A stretch of 64,000 bases of DNA from Octopus sinensis (taxonomy: Eukaryota): NCBI RefSeq assembly GCF_006345805.1, contig NC_043011.1:54262464-54326463 (forward strand), given 5' to 3'. Below are positions 62,517 to 64,000 of this stretch, in pieces (the stretch's first letter is position 1; the number at the start of each line of letters is the position of its first letter). Position numbers and translations under genes: made by a program. The notes under the pieces were generated by a model that was not told the DNA's origin, made no database searches, and saw nothing but the letters and a program-made list of their open reading frames with translations.

Positions 62517-62899
62517 AGGCATAGGAGTGGCTGTGTGGTAAGTAGCTTGCTTACCAACCACATGGTTCCAGGTTCAGTTCCAGTGCATGGCACCTTGGGC
62601 AAGTGTCTTCTACTATAGCCTCGGGCCAAGGCATTGTGAGTGGATTTGGTAGACGGAAACTGAAAGAAGCCCGTTGTATATATATGTGTGTGTGTGTGTG
62701 TCCAACATCACTTGACAACTGATGCTGGTATGTTTGCGTCCCCGTAACTTAGCAGTTCGGCAAAAGAGACCAATAGAATGAGTACTAGGCTTACAAAGAA
62801 TAAGTTCTGGGGTTGATTTGCTCGACTAAAGCTGGTGCTCCAGCATGGCCGCAGTCAAATGACTGAAGCAAGTAAAAGAGTAAAAGAGAGAGTAAAGAG
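62517..62899 (+). mobile_element. SINE family A, full length
   Basis: All modules and (gtaaaaga)n tail. Confidence 0.9.
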
Positions 62900-64000
62900 T
62901 TCTGGTGTGTTTTTAAAATTCTTGAAATGACTTTTCCACGAAGGGAGTCGTGAGAAGATTTTGCTTAACTCTAAGTTTGGAATTTAAGCAAAATGGTTGA
63001 CTCCTAGAAATATATCTGCTAGTGACCCCCCACCTGCCCCTTTAAGAAAGACGCATTGATTTTATTTATTTTTTTTTTTTTTCATATAAGCAATTTGTGA
63101 CACAAACGATATCTTGAAAATCCTGCAAGAAATGGGTAAATTGTGAAGCAAACCTCAAATTTTGTTATCAAGTCAAACACGATTGTCTTTTTCCTTTTCA
63201 CTTAAACACACAACATCATCATCATAATTATTCAGTGTGCATGTTCCATGTTGGCATGGGGTGTGACAGGATCCGATGAACTCTGATGTCAGCTTTTGCA
63301 CACTTTCTAAAGCTTGATATCCTTCCTAACATCAACCACTTTACAGCATGGACTCAGTGCTTTTCTTTTTGTTCTGTGCCACCAATATCATTGAGGTGGC
63401 ACAAAAAAAATCACCCAATACACGCTGTAATGTGGTTGACATTAATAAGGGCTCACACACTCACAAACACACATATATATACACACGATACATAAGAACA
63501 AGAGAGAAAGAGAGTGCAGCTAAGAAACCCTGAGTCTTTGATAAAAGTGTTGAAGCTCTCAGAATGGCTGGCATTCTGAGAACTTCAAGAAATTACAAGT
63601 GTGCATGGGTGGTGGTGACATTGATGGAAAAACACAAACGAAATAATGGTTGGCACTGAGGTTCTTGACATAAGTGTGTAAGGAATGTACTAGTGCATTT
63701 GTTTACTTTGGGTGTGAGAGAGGTGAAGGGTCTATATGATGATAGTGAAGGGTTGGGCTTAGATGCTGCAAGGAAGGAGGAAGATGATGATGTGAAAACA
63801 ACATAAAGGCAGCAAATTATAAAACTAAACAATAAGCAACATTATCATCTCTTTTTAAACATAAAACCATTAAAACAGGTGTCCTATTCTGTGAGGGCAA
63901 TAAGTGAGGGTCGAAAATAACACTGTGCAACATAATTTTGGTCCTTGGGTAGCATCTGTCATTTCCTATTTGCTTACCCCTAGAAAATATGAAAAATGGT

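Noticed and set aside
73-63832. Dozens of ORFs rich in YI, HT, CV, LS or poly-residue runs
   Set aside because: They are translations of (TA)n, (CA)n, (TG)n, (TCTA)n and triplet microsatellites or of SINE bodies, which lack stops by composition.

Overview
AT-rich, intron-scale eukaryotic genomic DNA with one 100-N scaffold gap (10389-10488). The repeat repertoire (tRNA-headed SINEs with Nin/Deu-like bodies, dense (TA)n/(CA)n/(TAGA)n/(AAT)n microsatellites) looks like an Octopus genome; that is recognition from memory, not a database hit. Most of the window is transposable-element debris: several tRNA-derived SINE families, RTE and Rex3-like LINE fragments, a Hero-like RLE fragment, Penelope-like (PLE) remnants, a non-autonomous Helitron, and mariner, hAT, piggyBac, Merlin-like and palindromic MITEs. 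Nearly all listed ORFs are microsatellite artefacts. The only well-supported host coding sequence is a minus-strand terminal exon (46913-47088) ending in the class I PDZ motif ETSV, with weaker candidate upstream exons to about 62 kb. The most unusual signals are: (i) seven minimal hammerhead-ribozyme-like motifs in PLE-type units, one inside a tRNA-Ile-headed SINE with a 13-bp TSD; (ii) an RTE copy with 5'-inversion (twin-priming) geometry; (iii) a 16-bp minisatellite apparently grown from a MITE sub-terminal motif; (iv) several long palindromic MITEs. Interspersed-repeat boundaries are approximate unless TSD or TIR coordinates are given.
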